A stretch of 63,980 nt of DNA, counting the filler, from Aduncisulcus paluster (Eukaryota): NCBI GenBank assembly GCA_024181965.1. It is 11 parts of 11 records of this genome, joined end to end, with 100 filler letters (N's around TTAATTAATTAA, not from the genome) between each part and the next. Parts side by side here need not be neighbours in the genome. Positions count along the whole stretch, not along the records: positions 1 to 12,270 come from BQXS01011675.1; positions 12,371 to 19,220 come from BQXS01011678.1; 9 more parts are not named here. One strand, 5' to 3'. The notes beneath the pieces are model-generated. The model was given only the letters and a program-made list of their open reading frames with translations. It searched no databases and had not been told where the DNA came from. Below are positions 1 through 12,395 of this stretch, piece after piece. Every line of letters begins with the position of its first letter. Within the stretch, counting starts at the first letter, position 1. The position numbers and the translations under genes are program-made.

Positions 1-1
1 C

Positions 2-2776
2 CTCTTCCTCTTCTCCCTCTTCCTCTTCTTCTTCTCCCTCCTCTTCTTGTCTTTTCTTTATCATAGCAGATACGAGTTCACTCCCACCCCATTTTCCACA
101 GATCATTTTCATCAACTCAGGAACATCTTGTTCAAGTGCAGTGATAGCCATTTTCCTTTCTTTTATCTCCCTTATATCGTCAACAGAAAGAGTTTCTGAA
201 GGAACCATGTGCTGTTTAGCTCCTTTCTTCCTTCCTTTCTCTTCCTCTTTCTCCTCTTTCTCCTCTTTCTCTTCTTTCTCTTCTTTCTTTTCTTTTGATT
301 TCAGAACATCTTCGATATTGTCAACTATTCCGACATGATCTTGATTCTCTTTCAGCCAAGACCTCTCTCTCGCAGTCATCTCATGAAGGGCACTCAAACG
401 TTCACATTCAAAAGCTGCATCTCTGATGGAACATAGATCTTTCTCAATGGTTCCAATTATAGGTACAGGCCTTAACATACTCCTGTGTTGCTGTTCGTCA
501 GTTGTCGATACAGGTCTCTCTTCTTTCTCTTCTTTTCTAAGGTCATTGAGCATGGCAATGAGATATTCATGTTCTCTGGAAGTCAATAAAACACTCAACC
601 CACTCCTTCCTGCTCTTCCAACACGTCCAACACGATGGACATACACATCGACAGTTTCAGGTTCATCGTACTGAATGACACTCACACAGTTCCTGATATC
701 CATTCCTCGAGCACCCACATCGGTGCAGATCAGAACAGAATCGGTGTCAGTTCTAAATCTGTCCACGTTCTTCAGACGTTGGCGTTGAGGCATCTTTCCA
801 TGAAGTCCATAGGCTGTCACACCAAGGAGACGAAGAGTACGGGTCAGACGTTTGGCTCCACGGCTACTGTTAGTGAAGATTATGACAGATCCATTGTGCG
901 GGGAGCAAGCAAATGGATGAATGGTTGTCGAATAAGATTCATGACTCACACCGTGTCTATTTTTAGAATCAGTTGTTCCATCCTCATCTTCTCCTTCCTC
1001 TTTCTCTCCTTCTCTTCCTCTTTGTGGCTGAGTATGCTTGGCATCACCTCTTCCGACAGCTTTAAGCATCATACCACTCAGAGCTAGACTCATGGGTGTC
1101 TTACCAAACATAGTCAAAAGATACACTAAGAGAACATCTTTTTCTTGAGTACTCAACAAACCTCTGCGTTGTACACTCTCAAAGCTGCCTCGACCACCTT
1201 CCACTTTGGAACCGGCTGAAACCGACATACCGGCACTTGTCCCACACTGAGAAAGACACATGATGAAGCGCTCATCAACGAGGGGAGTTGTCAGAGAGGT
1301 CCTTGTAAGATCCAAGATAGAGGGAGTCATCGTGAACGAGAAAGAAGGTATCACAGATTCTAATTTGGTATCTTGATGGTGACTTTTCCTGCTCCGATAT
1401 TTCTTATTGTTCTTTCCTTTCCTTTCCTTTTGCATAGCATCTTTTTTAGCTCTTGCTTCCTCTTGTTTCTTCTTTAGTTGCTCTTCATATGCGATTTCTT
1501 CATCACTCTCCAAGATATTATGAGAATGTCTCCTAAAGAAAGCTAAAAGAGGGAATAAATGTTGGTATTGTTTTTTAATCTCAAAGGAAGAGGAAGAGGA
1601 GGAGGAAGAGGAAGAAGAAGAAGTTTGATTCTTGCCATTTGAAGATCCTCCTGCACGTTTAAGAACCTTGAGACGCTCTTTCTCAATTAACATGGCAGCT
1701 TTGACCATGATTTCTTCTTCCTCTCTCTTCATACGGAGTTTCTTACCACGTGCCAGTGCAGGAAGAGTCAAAGTAGCAGAGAATAGAAGGGTTTGTCTAT
1801 GTGTGGAAGTATGTGATGGGAGAGAGCGAGTCGAAGTGAGGTGAGTGACTGTATTAGCCTTAATTATCTCACTTTTGGTTCGAATATGGACTTCTTCTTC
1901 TCCTTTCTTTGGTTTTTTTGTTCCTTTCTCTTCCTTCTTGGACCTTGCTTCCTCTTCTTCCTCTTCCTCTTCTTCTTCCTCTCCCTCTTCCTCTTTCTTC
2001 TCTCCATCTATGGTTTCATCAACAGAGGACATCATCCATTCAAATTCATTGGAACAGACCACAGGGTTTCCTTCAGCATCCAAAAAGACGGGAAGATCAT
2101 CACTTTCTTTACGGAGAAGTGCTTTATGGTTCCTCCTTTCTCCTTCTTCTTCCTTTCCTTCAATTACAGCAGTATCGTCACCACGGGACGGTATAACGGA
2201 TTCATTTGGTTCCTTATGACGTAATCTAGGGAGCATTGCAAGGACCTTAGGTAAGAAAGGTTGCTCACCAACACCCAACATAAGATCAGCTTCATCAATG
2301 ACGACATAACGAAGCCCAATCAAATTATTCACACATGGAGCTTGCTCATCCATCAATTGCCAAAGCCTTCCAGGAGTAGCAACAAGGATGGAGGGTTTCG
2401 AGCGGAGGAGACGGTATTGCTTGGCTATAGACATTCCTCCCACAATAGGAACAATTTTATAAATCTTACTAAGATCTTGCATCACTTCTTTTGCATGAGA
2501 AACAACTTGGAGAGCAAGTTCACGAGTGGGAACGATAATTAAAGCTTGGGCCAACTCAGGAGAGGTTTCAGACTTTTTAAATTGTTTTACCAATGAATTA
2601 AGAATTGGAAGAATATATGTAAGTGTTTTACCTGAACCAGTCTCTGCAGCTATAGCTACATCCTTGCCAGAAAGAATCAGTGGTATACCAACACTTTGGA
2701 CTGGAGTTGGTTTAATAAAACCTGCATTTTTGAGATTTTCCTGGATATTTGGATGCAAGCATAAAAAATCCCTCAT
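2..2776 (-). CDS. DDX24: DEAD-box RNA helicase, DDX24/Mak5-like (3' end cut by window edge; absent from ORF track)
   Basis: Manual translation from ATG 2776: MRDFLCLHPNIQENLKNAGFIKPTPVQ (Q motif), AETGSGKT (motif I), PTRELALQ, TPGRL, DEAD, RQTLLFSATLTLP, HGKMPQRQRLKNVDRF, YVHRVGRVGRAG. The RQTL-FSATLT and QRQRLK motifs are typical of Mak5/DDX24. Confidence 0.85.
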   Translation of the reverse strand, partial: MRDFLCLHPNIQENLKNAGFIKPTPVQSVGIPLILSGKDVAIAAETGSGKTLTYILPILNSLVKQFKKSETSPELAQALIIVPTRELALQVVSHAKEVMQDLSKIYKIVPIVGGMSIAKQYRLLRSKPSILVATPGRLWQLMDEQAPCVNNLIGLRYVVIDEADLMLGVGEQPFLPKVLAMLPRLRHKEPNESVIPSRGDDTAVIEGKEEEGERRNHKALLRKESDDLPVFLDAEGNPVVCSNEFEWMMSSVDETIDGEKKEEEGEEEEEEEEEEEARSKKEEKGTKKPKKGEEEVHIRTKSEIIKANTVTHLTSTRSLPSHTSTHRQTLLFSATLTLPALARGKKLRMKREEEEIMVKAAMLIEKERLKVLKRAGGSSNGKNQTSSSSSSSSSSSSFEIKKQYQHLFPLLAFFRRHSHNILESDEEIAYEEQLKKKQEEARAKKDAMQKERKGKNNKKYRSRKSHHQDTKLESVIPSFSFTMTPSILDLTRTSLTTPLVDERFIMCLSQCGTSAGMSVSAGSKVEGGRGSFESVQRRGLLSTQEKDVLLVYLLTMFGKTPMSLALSGMMLKAVGRGDAKHTQPQRGREGEKEEGEDEDGTTDSKNRHGVSHESYSTTIHPFACSPHNGSVIIFTNSSRGAKRLTRTLRLLGVTAYGLHGKMPQRQRLKNVDRFRTDTDSVLICTDVGARGMDIRNCVSVIQYDEPETVDVYVHRVGRVGRAGRSGLSVLLTSREHEYLIAMLNDLRKEEKEERPVSTTDEQQHRSMLRPVPIIGTIEKDLCSIRDAAFECERLSALHEMTARERSWLKENQDHVGIVDNIEDVLKSKEKKEEKEEKEEKEEKEEEKGRKKGAKQHMVPSETLSVDDIREIKERKMAITALEQDVPELMKMICGKWGGSELVSAMIKKRQEEEGEEEEEEGEEEE

Positions 2777-3259
2777 TTTTATGCACGCTATCAGTCAAAA
2801 TAACATGATTGGTACAAAATATCAGAAATCACAATAATATGAGATATTTAGGGTTCAAATTTTATTCAAAACTCATGGATTTTGATTATTTCCATTTTTA
2901 TAGTTCCAGATAAATCATACAAAACGAGAATATGACAGAAAACATAGAGACTGAAAACATGACTTAAAACAATTATTTAACTGTTATTGGATTGCTATAT
3001 CTCTCAACACAGAAAATTTGAAGTTCATAAATCCCATATTAAAACAGGAAGGATAATATTTCGACTATCGGTATTTCCATCCATCAAAAACCATTTTTAT
3101 CTGCTAATATGCGGGTGTTACTTGATATTAAAGCGTAAATTTGTTTTGAATTTCAGTTCATGATCCACTTTCACAACAAACCAGATTTGTCATCGATAAT
3201 ATAAGAAATCAACACAATAGAGGCATCAGCAAATCTACGTAATTAAATTTACACAGAAT

Positions 3260-3427
3260 TCATTTTTTATCCTTTTTAGACTTTCGTTGTTTCTGATCTT
3301 CTTCATATTTCTTCTGTTCTTTCATATCTCTTACTAATCGTTCAATCTCACGACTTTTCCATTTTTCATACTCATCGGCAGCGCTTTCTTTCTCTAATTC
3401 AGGAGCATATTTTTTAATCGAAAGCAT
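3260..3427 (-). CDS. 55-aa small ORF with MFAP1/Spp381-like helix
   Basis: MLSIKKYAPELEKESAADEYEKWKSREIERLVRDMKEQKKYEEDQKQRKSKKDKK*. It resembles the MFAP1 motif EEYEAWKxRELKRIKRD. It falls below the ORF-track cutoff. Confidence 0.5.
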   Translation of the reverse strand: MLSIKKYAPELEKESAADEYEKWKSREIERLVRDMKEQKKYEEDQKQRKSKKDKK

Positions 3428-3635
3428 CTAACAAGCTTGATGTAACAAAACAATATAATTCAGGAAAATGGAAACAAATCGTCCTTATTATTCGCTTGAT
3501 CTCTTAGAAATTATATAAAACTCATCAAAGAAGGAAATCTAAATTTATACTCATGCTTTCTAATAGAGAATTTGAAAATTTGCTATTTTGTCACCTAACC
3601 TCTAAGATAGCAAATATTTTTTTCTTTGGTTAAAT

Positions 3636-5780
3636 ATGGAGGAATATTCACCCCCAAAAATTGTTGTAGAAATGAAAAAATTAGACATAAAAGAATTGAA
3701 ACCATCGATAGAGTATGTATTTCAATTTAGTCATGCATTTGCTAATTATTTTGTTATTTTTTAACCTCTTTTCCTTTACACCTTATATTATTCTTTCTTC
3801 ACTTCCCTAATTATCCTAAAATTTGATAGAGACTCATCTGAAAATAGTATGATCGCTGGCATTGGATTTTTATCGGCAAGAAGCGTCGATTCAAGTCAAA
3901 TTCAATCTATTCAATATTCTGGAATCCCAGAAGAATCATTATTAGTCGACATTTCGCATTGTGTTCAAGAATCTAAAATTTTACGATCTGAATTAGAATC
4001 CTCTTATTCTCATGCTTCCCTTTCCGATAGTTCCCCCGGTCCTGAATCTAAGCTCCCAATTTCTAAACGTTTGGTTTATTTTATCTCGTCATTACCCAAT
4101 TTGATGGATAATATTCAAGTATTGACCAAATCTCATTTTACCATGAGACATGCTCTCCGAAGATTGACTGAAGAACGCGACGCTTTATCCAAACGTATTG
4201 TTATTTTGGAGGAACATAAGAAATCCCTTGATGAGAGTTTATCTGCCTATCGCCAGGAACTTGATTTGAGCAGATCTGAGAAAGTCATCGTAATTAAAGA
4301 AATGACGCAAGAACAGAAGGCATCCCAGCTTCAAACAAAGGAAAGCTCCACATTTGAGAAGGTTTTGGAGGATTCTTTGTCTCATTCTAGCCTCGAGACT
4401 GAATCTCAACCAATAGCCTCCCCTTACGTACATCATACAAATATTAGTGAGCTTGTGAGAAAGTTGTGGGAAGTTAGAGCAGAGATTAATGAGACAAAGC
4501 ACGATTTATCCCTTTCAAAGGCTGAGGTGCGTCAGCTGAAGAGTGAGAATGAGAAATATTCCGTATCGACCTCCCAGAAGCTTGATGCACTCTCCAAACA
4601 GTTAACTGTGAGTAGAAATGCTCATATAGAGACTCAACAGGCCTGTGCTCGTTCACAGAATAGCGAACGGAAGTTAATCAAAGCGCTCGATATTGAAAAG
4701 GAAGCCAGAGTTGCTGCTGAGGAAGAAGTACAGCGTATTAGTCGTAGATTAGCCGAATATGTCACAGAAACCGAGGAAACCATTGAACGTTTGCGTCGTC
4801 ACCTTTCCATGAACAAATGCATTTTCTGTGGAGGTTCTGCTGCCTCTTCCATGGTCTCTGGCGGATCTAGAATGGATGGTATGGACGGTAGAAGCTCTGC
4901 CATCGGGGTTGGCAATGCCATGTCCCTATCAAGTATGACTGGTCAAGGTATGAATCAACATTTCTCTCAAAAATATCCAGTACTGGCCCAAGTATCCTCT
5001 CTCAAGGAAGCTGTGCACCGAATCACAAGGAAAGGACAAGACTCAGAGCTAGGAAATGCAGGATATGGAGGTCAATCGACAAAGACATTGGCTCGAAAGC
5101 CATCCACAAATGCCCATCTTGGTTTGGCAGCTTATACGATGCACTCTTCTTCCTCCCATTTACAAGGGACAAGAGGGTCAAGTTTTGCTACTGAGGGTCA
5201 ACAATATCATGGTAGAGGAGGAGGTCAGAGTCGTGAAGGTCAACAACAATCCAGTCATTTGTCAAGACAGTCAAGAAGAGGGGCTTCTCCTCTGCGATCT
5301 GTAAAGGGATCCGTGAATCCCACTGAAAAGACTGGCAGTAGTACTGTTAAAGGCGAATATCAGGGGTTGATGTCCTCTGACCTCTCAAAGAGTTCGGGAT
5401 CGTCACCTCTGTCGGCTTCTATGTTGCGGTCAAAGCAAAATTCATTGTCTGAATTGGAAGGAAAAAGGAAGAAAGATTTGGAACACGTTGGAGATAGAGA
5501 AATGAGAAGATCGGCGTCTATTTTTGGATCACCAGCTAGATCATCAACCTCTACTCATGTTCCCCTTGCTCGTGGTGTGCATGAATCCTCGGTCACTTCA
5601 CAATTCTCTGATTCTTATATACCTCCCACCTTTGAGAAGAACGTTCAGGATAACATTTATGGAGTGGCAGGAAGAAGAGGAGGAAGTGTAGATGATAAGT
5701 TTCTGCAGGATTCACCCAAGTCTTCATCATCCAGATCTATGAAACCATCTTCTCCTTGGCTTCCCTCCAATTTATTTTGA
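3636..5780 (+). CDS. Coiled-coil protein with low-complexity C-terminus; 2 exons (3636-3712, 3830-5780)
   Basis: Long ORF. Intron 3713-3829 (GTATGT...TAG) joins an upstream ATG exon in frame (GA|A GAC TCA). Confidence 0.75.
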
Positions 5781-6412
5781 ATTTAAATATTTGACTTTTT
5801 TTTTGAATTTTGAATAGTTTATAATTGGTTATTAATATTATATTGCAAGATGGTCATTGCTATTTTCTCAATATTCTAAAATTAGAATGTGTTCTCTCAT
5901 GATGATTTGCTAATCAATCAATATTGATCATTTTCCCTTTGTTCTTATTCTATTTTTAGATTTGCAACATCTTAATTTTATTTTATTAAGAATGATTTGC
6001 TTAAACTTTTGAAAATATATCCAAACCTAATTATTTATAAGCTGGGCAATTGTGATGATTGAAGAAAAACGAAAAACAACAAAAATCTATTATCTCTTGA
6101 TCAATTCAATCATCCTTTCCTCTTTAAGCATTGAGATGATGGTTTGTTATTATCATATCTGTTTTCTCAGACATCTATTTATAGATCGGCTATATAATGC
6201 ATGAATATGGTTATAATTTCTCTATAACTATTCGAAATTTTCGTTCTATTGTATTTAACAATATTATTCATATCCGCCTTGTTATTTTCTCGTTTAATTA
6301 ATAAGGGTAGAGCGATATCTATCTATTTTCCCCCCCACAATTACATTAATAAATATTATTCCGGAATCATCTCTCAATGGTATATTTTTAGATTCAAATC
6401 AATTTTCTCATA

Positions 6413-9400
6413 TTATTCAAGCAGATGAGTGTAATCATCAATAATATCATCTTCTGGTTCTTTCTCATCTTCTCTTAAATCTATATTTAGAATATGATGA
6501 AGCCTTAATCCAGCTGAAATACTCCCTGTTACTCTATTGAGCATGGCTTGTCCACTATCACACAAATCGTGAACATTCTTAAACGCATCACAGACACATC
6601 CAATTTCTGATTGGGTTAGCCTTGTCAACGATGAAAGGAAAGCAATTCCAGGTGTATCTCCTTCCCCTTCCAATGCCTTAGCTTTCCTTATACACGCCTG
6701 AGTCATTCCTCCATACTTTGAAATATACCCAGGGGGTGAAGAGAGAGAAGAAGGGGAAGAAGGAGAAGAAAACATCAAGTCAGAGGATGAAGAAGATGCA
6801 GAAGAATCAGCAGACACGACAGAAGAAGAAGACTGTGCTTCACTTTGGGTTTGTTTTAAATCCTTCATTCCTGACGGAGTAATGTTACCAACAGGAATTG
6901 TTGATATTGGGATGGGAATTGTTGGTTTGCGACCCCTTCGCTTTATCTTCATTTCTCTTTCTTTCTCTTCTCTTTCCACACGTTCAACCTCCCGTTCTTG
7001 AATTTCGAGAAGGATTCTTCCGCTACTTTTCCCTCCACCACTCCACACAACAGTCAAAGGTGGCAGTTTCTGGTTTGGAGAGTTCAGAGCACTCACTCGC
7101 ATCAATGAGATGAGGGAAGGGATAGGAAAAGTGACTGATGTTGGCACAGGAAGATTGTGGGGACGGTGAGCAAAATGGGACTGGCTTGATGTAGATGCCA
7201 ATGGAACGTGTGATGATGTATGGGAATGAGAAAAGAATAATACTTCTTTTTGTTCTTGAGATGGGATAGAATACTGCGTTGATTCAGTTCCAACTGTCGG
7301 AATGGCTGAGACAGAAGCTCCATCAACAGTCTCAAATGAAGAGGAATGGAGAGAAGGAGAAATTGAGGCTGAGGCTGAGGAAGGACCATATGAATGTGCT
7401 TCTGATATGTATATTTGGTCCATTCTCTTCTTTTTTTCCATCTCAACCAGAACAATGCTCCTCTTATATGCTTTGTTCATTTTAAGGATTTGCTGCAGAA
7501 GACGACCATTGCCTATACTTTGCAACATATCTGTAATACTCTTACGTTCAACGCAGACATCCTCACTCAGGACATAGTCACTGACAGTCATATTGAGAGA
7601 TATAATCGAACAGCCAAGAAGCAAAAGAGAGAGGGGTGTACAACTTCTAAACTCACGGCTATCGGCGATAATTGTGTGGTATAGGGACGGTAGTGGAGCA
7701 CCGTTATCTGCCGGTTGAACGGCCGATGAAGATGAAGATGCTTTGATGAATCTTTTCCCTTTTGCTGGAGCTTGTTCGTAAGCTTTCATTATTTTCCTTT
7801 CTTGTTCATCCTTTTCTTTTTCTTTCATCCTTCTGAGCTGGTCGAGTTTGTTTTCACCATGTTGAATCATTGTCCCAAGGTTCAGTCTTTGCATAGTATC
7901 TTTAACAACCATTCGCATTTTGGCCGCTTTTCTGAGCAATTGAGCTTCTGTTTTGAGTGCGAACGAGAGTGGAGAATGCTGATTGTTGGCTTGGATAAGG
8001 AATAGGGAAGGAATTGAGGGTGAAGACGAGGAAGAAGAAGACGAAGACGAAGAGGAAGATGAAGAGGAAGAGGAAGGAGATAGACATGAACAGTAGACTT
8101 CGACAGCCCTTAAAGCTGCAATCGTGGGACTGATAAGGAATATATGGGAAGGATGTGAGATGAAAAGTGAAGAGAGAAGTGAAGATACAGAACATAATGA
8201 TACATTCTTTGAAGAAGAATAGAATATTCTTGATGTGGAAGTATTAATATTAGTATTGGTATTTGCATTGACTGTTTGATTAGAAGATAAAGAAGAAGAG
8301 GAGGATGACGAAGATAAGGACTGTAAACTAAGCTTTTGAGAAGTCTGAATATCACCGACCTCTTGAATCTTCTTCTTCTTCTTTATCTTTGTCTCCTTCC
8401 TTACCGCCCCCATCAATATCGGCAACAGAAGAAGTTTGATTGGATATACCACAAAGGAGATATTCTACTGACTGTCCGATACGATCTATAATTAATTCTT
8501 TCTTCTTTCTCACTTCTGGAGGTATATTAAGAGATACAAAGGAAGAGAACAAGGGAGATGATTGGGTTATCGCAAGTTGATTCGATGTCATGGAGTTTCT
8601 TGCAGCACTGGGGATATTTATCATTGAAGAAACTAACAATGAAATGGGACAGGGCGGTGACAACCGGAAATCATCCTTGATTAACCGGTCATCTTCAATA
8701 AGAGATGTGGTACCACTATCGGCTACAACCGGTAGTTTTTTCGTTGAGCTTGAGATATCGTCACCGTCAAGATCAATAACTTGAATATCTTCTTCTTCTC
8801 CCTTCTTCTTCTTCTTTTTCTTTCTTTCCAATCTCTTGAATTTGATTTTGAGGAGATAATCCTGTTCTCTTCCTTTTCAATGCATCCAAACGTACCTTTC
8901 GCATGTTTGACCATGTAATACAAGCCTTGACACAATCCCATATGGCCTCATTAGATGTACACAAACACACTACAACCTTGTCATGCTCAGAAAGAGCAGA
9001 AATATGCGTAGATAAAGAGGATAAGAATGCCGGAAATTGAATCGGGAAGAGTGTGCGTTGAGGATATGGTTTGGATAATTCTGAAGTGATGGATTTCGTA
9101 AGACTCTTTCTTAAATCAAGAACATTCTGAAAACGACCAGACGCAGGGTCTCTCTCTTGCTTCAATTCAAACAAGCAGTCACCAACAATGGAAATACATT
9201 GTTTGACCTCTTTTCGTTCCCAAATGCTTCGGCCTATCTTACGCGTCTGCGCCATCCCATAGATAACTCTCTCACAGAGAGCTAAATATAGATTCACAAC
9301 ATCTAAATATGGAATTGTGAGAAAGAACGAATATAATACGGATATCTCACGGTATAAATATTGAGAATAATTGAATTTCATCGATTTTGTACTCACATTT

Positions 9401-11219
9401 CGGAGTGAAGTCATGAAAGATGGACCTCGATCTTTCTCAATGATACTAAAAATAGATGAAGGAGGATGAGGCAGTGATATTCCAAAATCGGTATCATCAA
9501 ATTTCACAGGTTTTGCAGACATAGCACTTGTTTTAACGGCACTTTTAGATGAAGATGAACCAGCGGACTCGTTCCCTTTCTTTGAAGCCTGTGAACGAGT
9601 ATAATCTTGCGAAAGAGACGATTGAGAGGAAGAAGGAGAGGAAGAAGGAGAAGAAGAAGAATATCTTCGCTTGAGGGCCTTCTCCTGTGATAGAGTCGTC
9701 TCTTTGGTGGAACTATTTGAATATGTCTTAGATGTTGAATCCAAATGAGTTGATTGTTGCACATGTGTTCGAATAATCCCATATTGCATGATGCTCTGAG
9801 CCAATTCAAGGTATTCTTTGAGATTGAAGACACAAGAACAGGATTCAAACAGTTTGACGACAATGTCATAGTACAGCCACCGTATAATACGCATTACCTT
9901 AACGGGAAACGAACGCAATGGGAACGATTTTTGGATACATTTGGGGGAATACTTCTGCATTGATTCGACAATCTCTAACCTTTTCCTAGGCCATAANNNN
10001 NNNNNNNNNNNNNNNNCTCCTGTGATAGAGTCGTCTCTTTGGTGGAACTATTTGAATATGTCTTAGATGTTGAATCCAAATGAGTTGATTGTTGCACATG
10101 TGTTCGAATAATCCCATATTGCATGATGCTCTGAGCCAATTCAAGGTATTCTTTGAGATTGAAGACACAAGAACAGGATTCAAACAGTTTGACGACAATG
10201 TCATAGTACAGCCACCGTATAATACGCATTACCTTAACGTGAAACGAACGCAATGGGAACGATTTTTGGATACATTTGGGGGAATACTTCTGCATTGATT
10301 CGACAATCTCTAACCTTTTCCTAGGCCATAATGTAATGCTGGAGACACATAATCCGCTACATAATGTCGCTAAATGATTACTATTGTGGGAGAAGACACG
10401 GTAATCGTCCGAAATGGCATACACCCAGCTGACTGTGTGAGTGCTCTCGAGAATTCGACTTTCAAGGTCAAAATAAGACGAATGACGGGCATTCAAAAGG
10501 GTTCGATTAATAGAAAATAGAGGATTGGTCAGTAATTGCAATAAAAGAGCCGTGTTTGATTCTGGATCAACTTGTTCGGCATTCATTACGATAATAGCTC
10601 GAATATAAGCATTGGTTGATTTAAAATTGGTTTGAATGATCGATGATAATGCAGCTGAAGAACTTTTTGATGGTTTTTTAGCCCTTTTCCTGGGCTTTTT
10701 AGGTTTCTTTTTAGGGTTAATATGATCAAGTGAATCGGCTTCTTTTTCTTCCTTAAATTCAACTAAATCAGAGGATTTTTTATCGGATGAGTGAGATTGT
10801 TCCGCTATTTTCTTTTCCTTTTGAACTATTTTTTCTTTTTCTTCGTCAATCAGATGCGTATGAATGGTTTTTGAAATAATATCAAGTGTTAATACAGATT
10901 CAGAAACAACTACACATTTTTCATTCAGATAAGCCTTATGTCTTTGGGCGGGATGGAGCCCACGAAGCGACACAGGAGGGTGGGTTGAAAGAAGACGGCT
11001 CCAAAATGAAATGGCCTGAAGATCATCATCAGAAGCATTAAGAACTAAAATCACCTCATTGGGAGAAGGAAGAGCCTCCGATAATTTCTTCACGAGAGAG
11101 GCACAAACAGCTTCTTTGGCCAAATGGGGGCCCAGGGCAATAAAAAGACTAGAATCACTCAATATTTTTTCAGAAATGACATTAATGTATTCAGGAAAAC
11201 TAAATTGAGGAAAATGCAT
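6413..11219 (-). CDS. ERCC4: XPF/ERCC4 (Rad1) DNA-repair endonuclease, broken in the assembly by a gap with duplication and two frameshifts
   Basis: N-terminal helicase-like region (LVLNA, IIVMNAE, AISDD, LWPR). Nuclease domain IADSREF...SDYVLSEDVCVERKSITDMLQSIGNGRLLQQ, followed by an HhH-like tail. Spread over ORFs 9975-11222, 8773-9960, 8352-8831 and 6413-8452. Confidence 0.85.
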
Positions 11220-11477
11220 CAATGAAAATCATAGTGACGAGGAAGAAAATGTTTTTTAGGAAATTCGATGATTTCAAAATGATTGGTGGATTCCACAACA
11301 TTCTCTTCAATCCAGCCGACTAATGATATTATTTTAAAATTATTGATGCAATTTTTTACTTAAAACTCGCCTTGAAATAGTGACATTTCCGTAAAATTCC
11401 ACTCGAATAAAATCAATTCCGCAAGCTTATTTTTCTTCTTGGTGACGTCGCCTTATCGATACTAAGCCCTATTGAAA

Positions 11478-12270
11478 ATGCCAAAGAAAGGAATGATTGG
11501 TTTTGGAGATATTCCTGCCATGGAACAAGAGCTTCAAGAACAACAGGAAGCTAAAGAAAGGAAACATGCTGAATATGTCGAGAAAAAAGAGACTGAGAAG
11601 AAAGAAAAGAAGAAGAAAGAAGTCCAAGCTATGACTGATTTATGGGGTAAGCGTATTACAAAGGGTGGTAAAGCCATCAATCCAGCTGAAGCCAAAAAAC
11701 GTAAGGATAAGAAAAAAGCAAAGGCTAAGAAACACAAGGAAGAAGAAAAAGTTGGTCAACCACAGATAAAGGTTCATCGTAAGAGACTTGGGGATATTTG
11801 TTCCTCAATCTTACCACAAGCTCTTCGCACCATTCACCAAGAGGAAGGTGAGACTAGCAACGCTTTATTCCACAGAATTATTGACTCTATTTACGTATGT
11901 TTCCGTGACGCTCAACCTTTGATTGAGTCTAACTTCCCCACTGAGATTGCTTGGAATATGTTCTGTATTTTGAGAGCTCGTCCTCTTTGTCTCTTGCCGG
12001 AGGCCATTATCCAACGTCTCCGCAACGTGTTTTTGAGTGCCAGTCCAAAGGAAGTGATCGAGATTGTGGAACAAAATATCAATGAATTGGTTGTTTCATC
12101 TCCTCTTTCTGCTTCTGCTTACCTCGTTATTCAGTTAGCCTTTGCTCTCCCCATCGACAATACCATTGTCATCTCCACCAAGAAATATATCAACAAGGTG
12201 ATCAAGGAGACCCGTATGACAAACGAGCTCCAGATCTTCGCCATTGCCCTTCTTGGGTCTTACTTGGGTC
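11478..12270 (+). CDS. Hypothetical protein with Lys/Glu-rich N-terminus (3' partial)
   Basis: Open frame from ATG 11478 to the contig end, divergent from XPF. Confidence 0.65.
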
Positions 12271-12370
12271 NNNNNNNNNNNNNNNNNNNNNNNNNNNNNN
12301 NNNNNNNNNNNNNNTTAATTAATTAANNNNNNNNNNNNNNNNNNNNNNNNNNNNNNNNNNNNNNNNNNNN
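12271..12370. other. Artificial contig linker N44-TTAATTAATTAA-N44 (also at 19221, 30537, 35514, 40570, 48767, 54877, 57574, 59866, 62273)
   Basis: Identical 100-nt spacer with stops in all six frames, occurring ten times. Confidence 0.98.
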
Positions 12371-12395
12371 GGGCGATATCCAACCCCAAGGTGAC

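Noticed and set aside
141..2837. Many plus-strand ORFs in the ORF track
   Set aside because: They are antisense shadows of the minus-strand DDX24-like gene.
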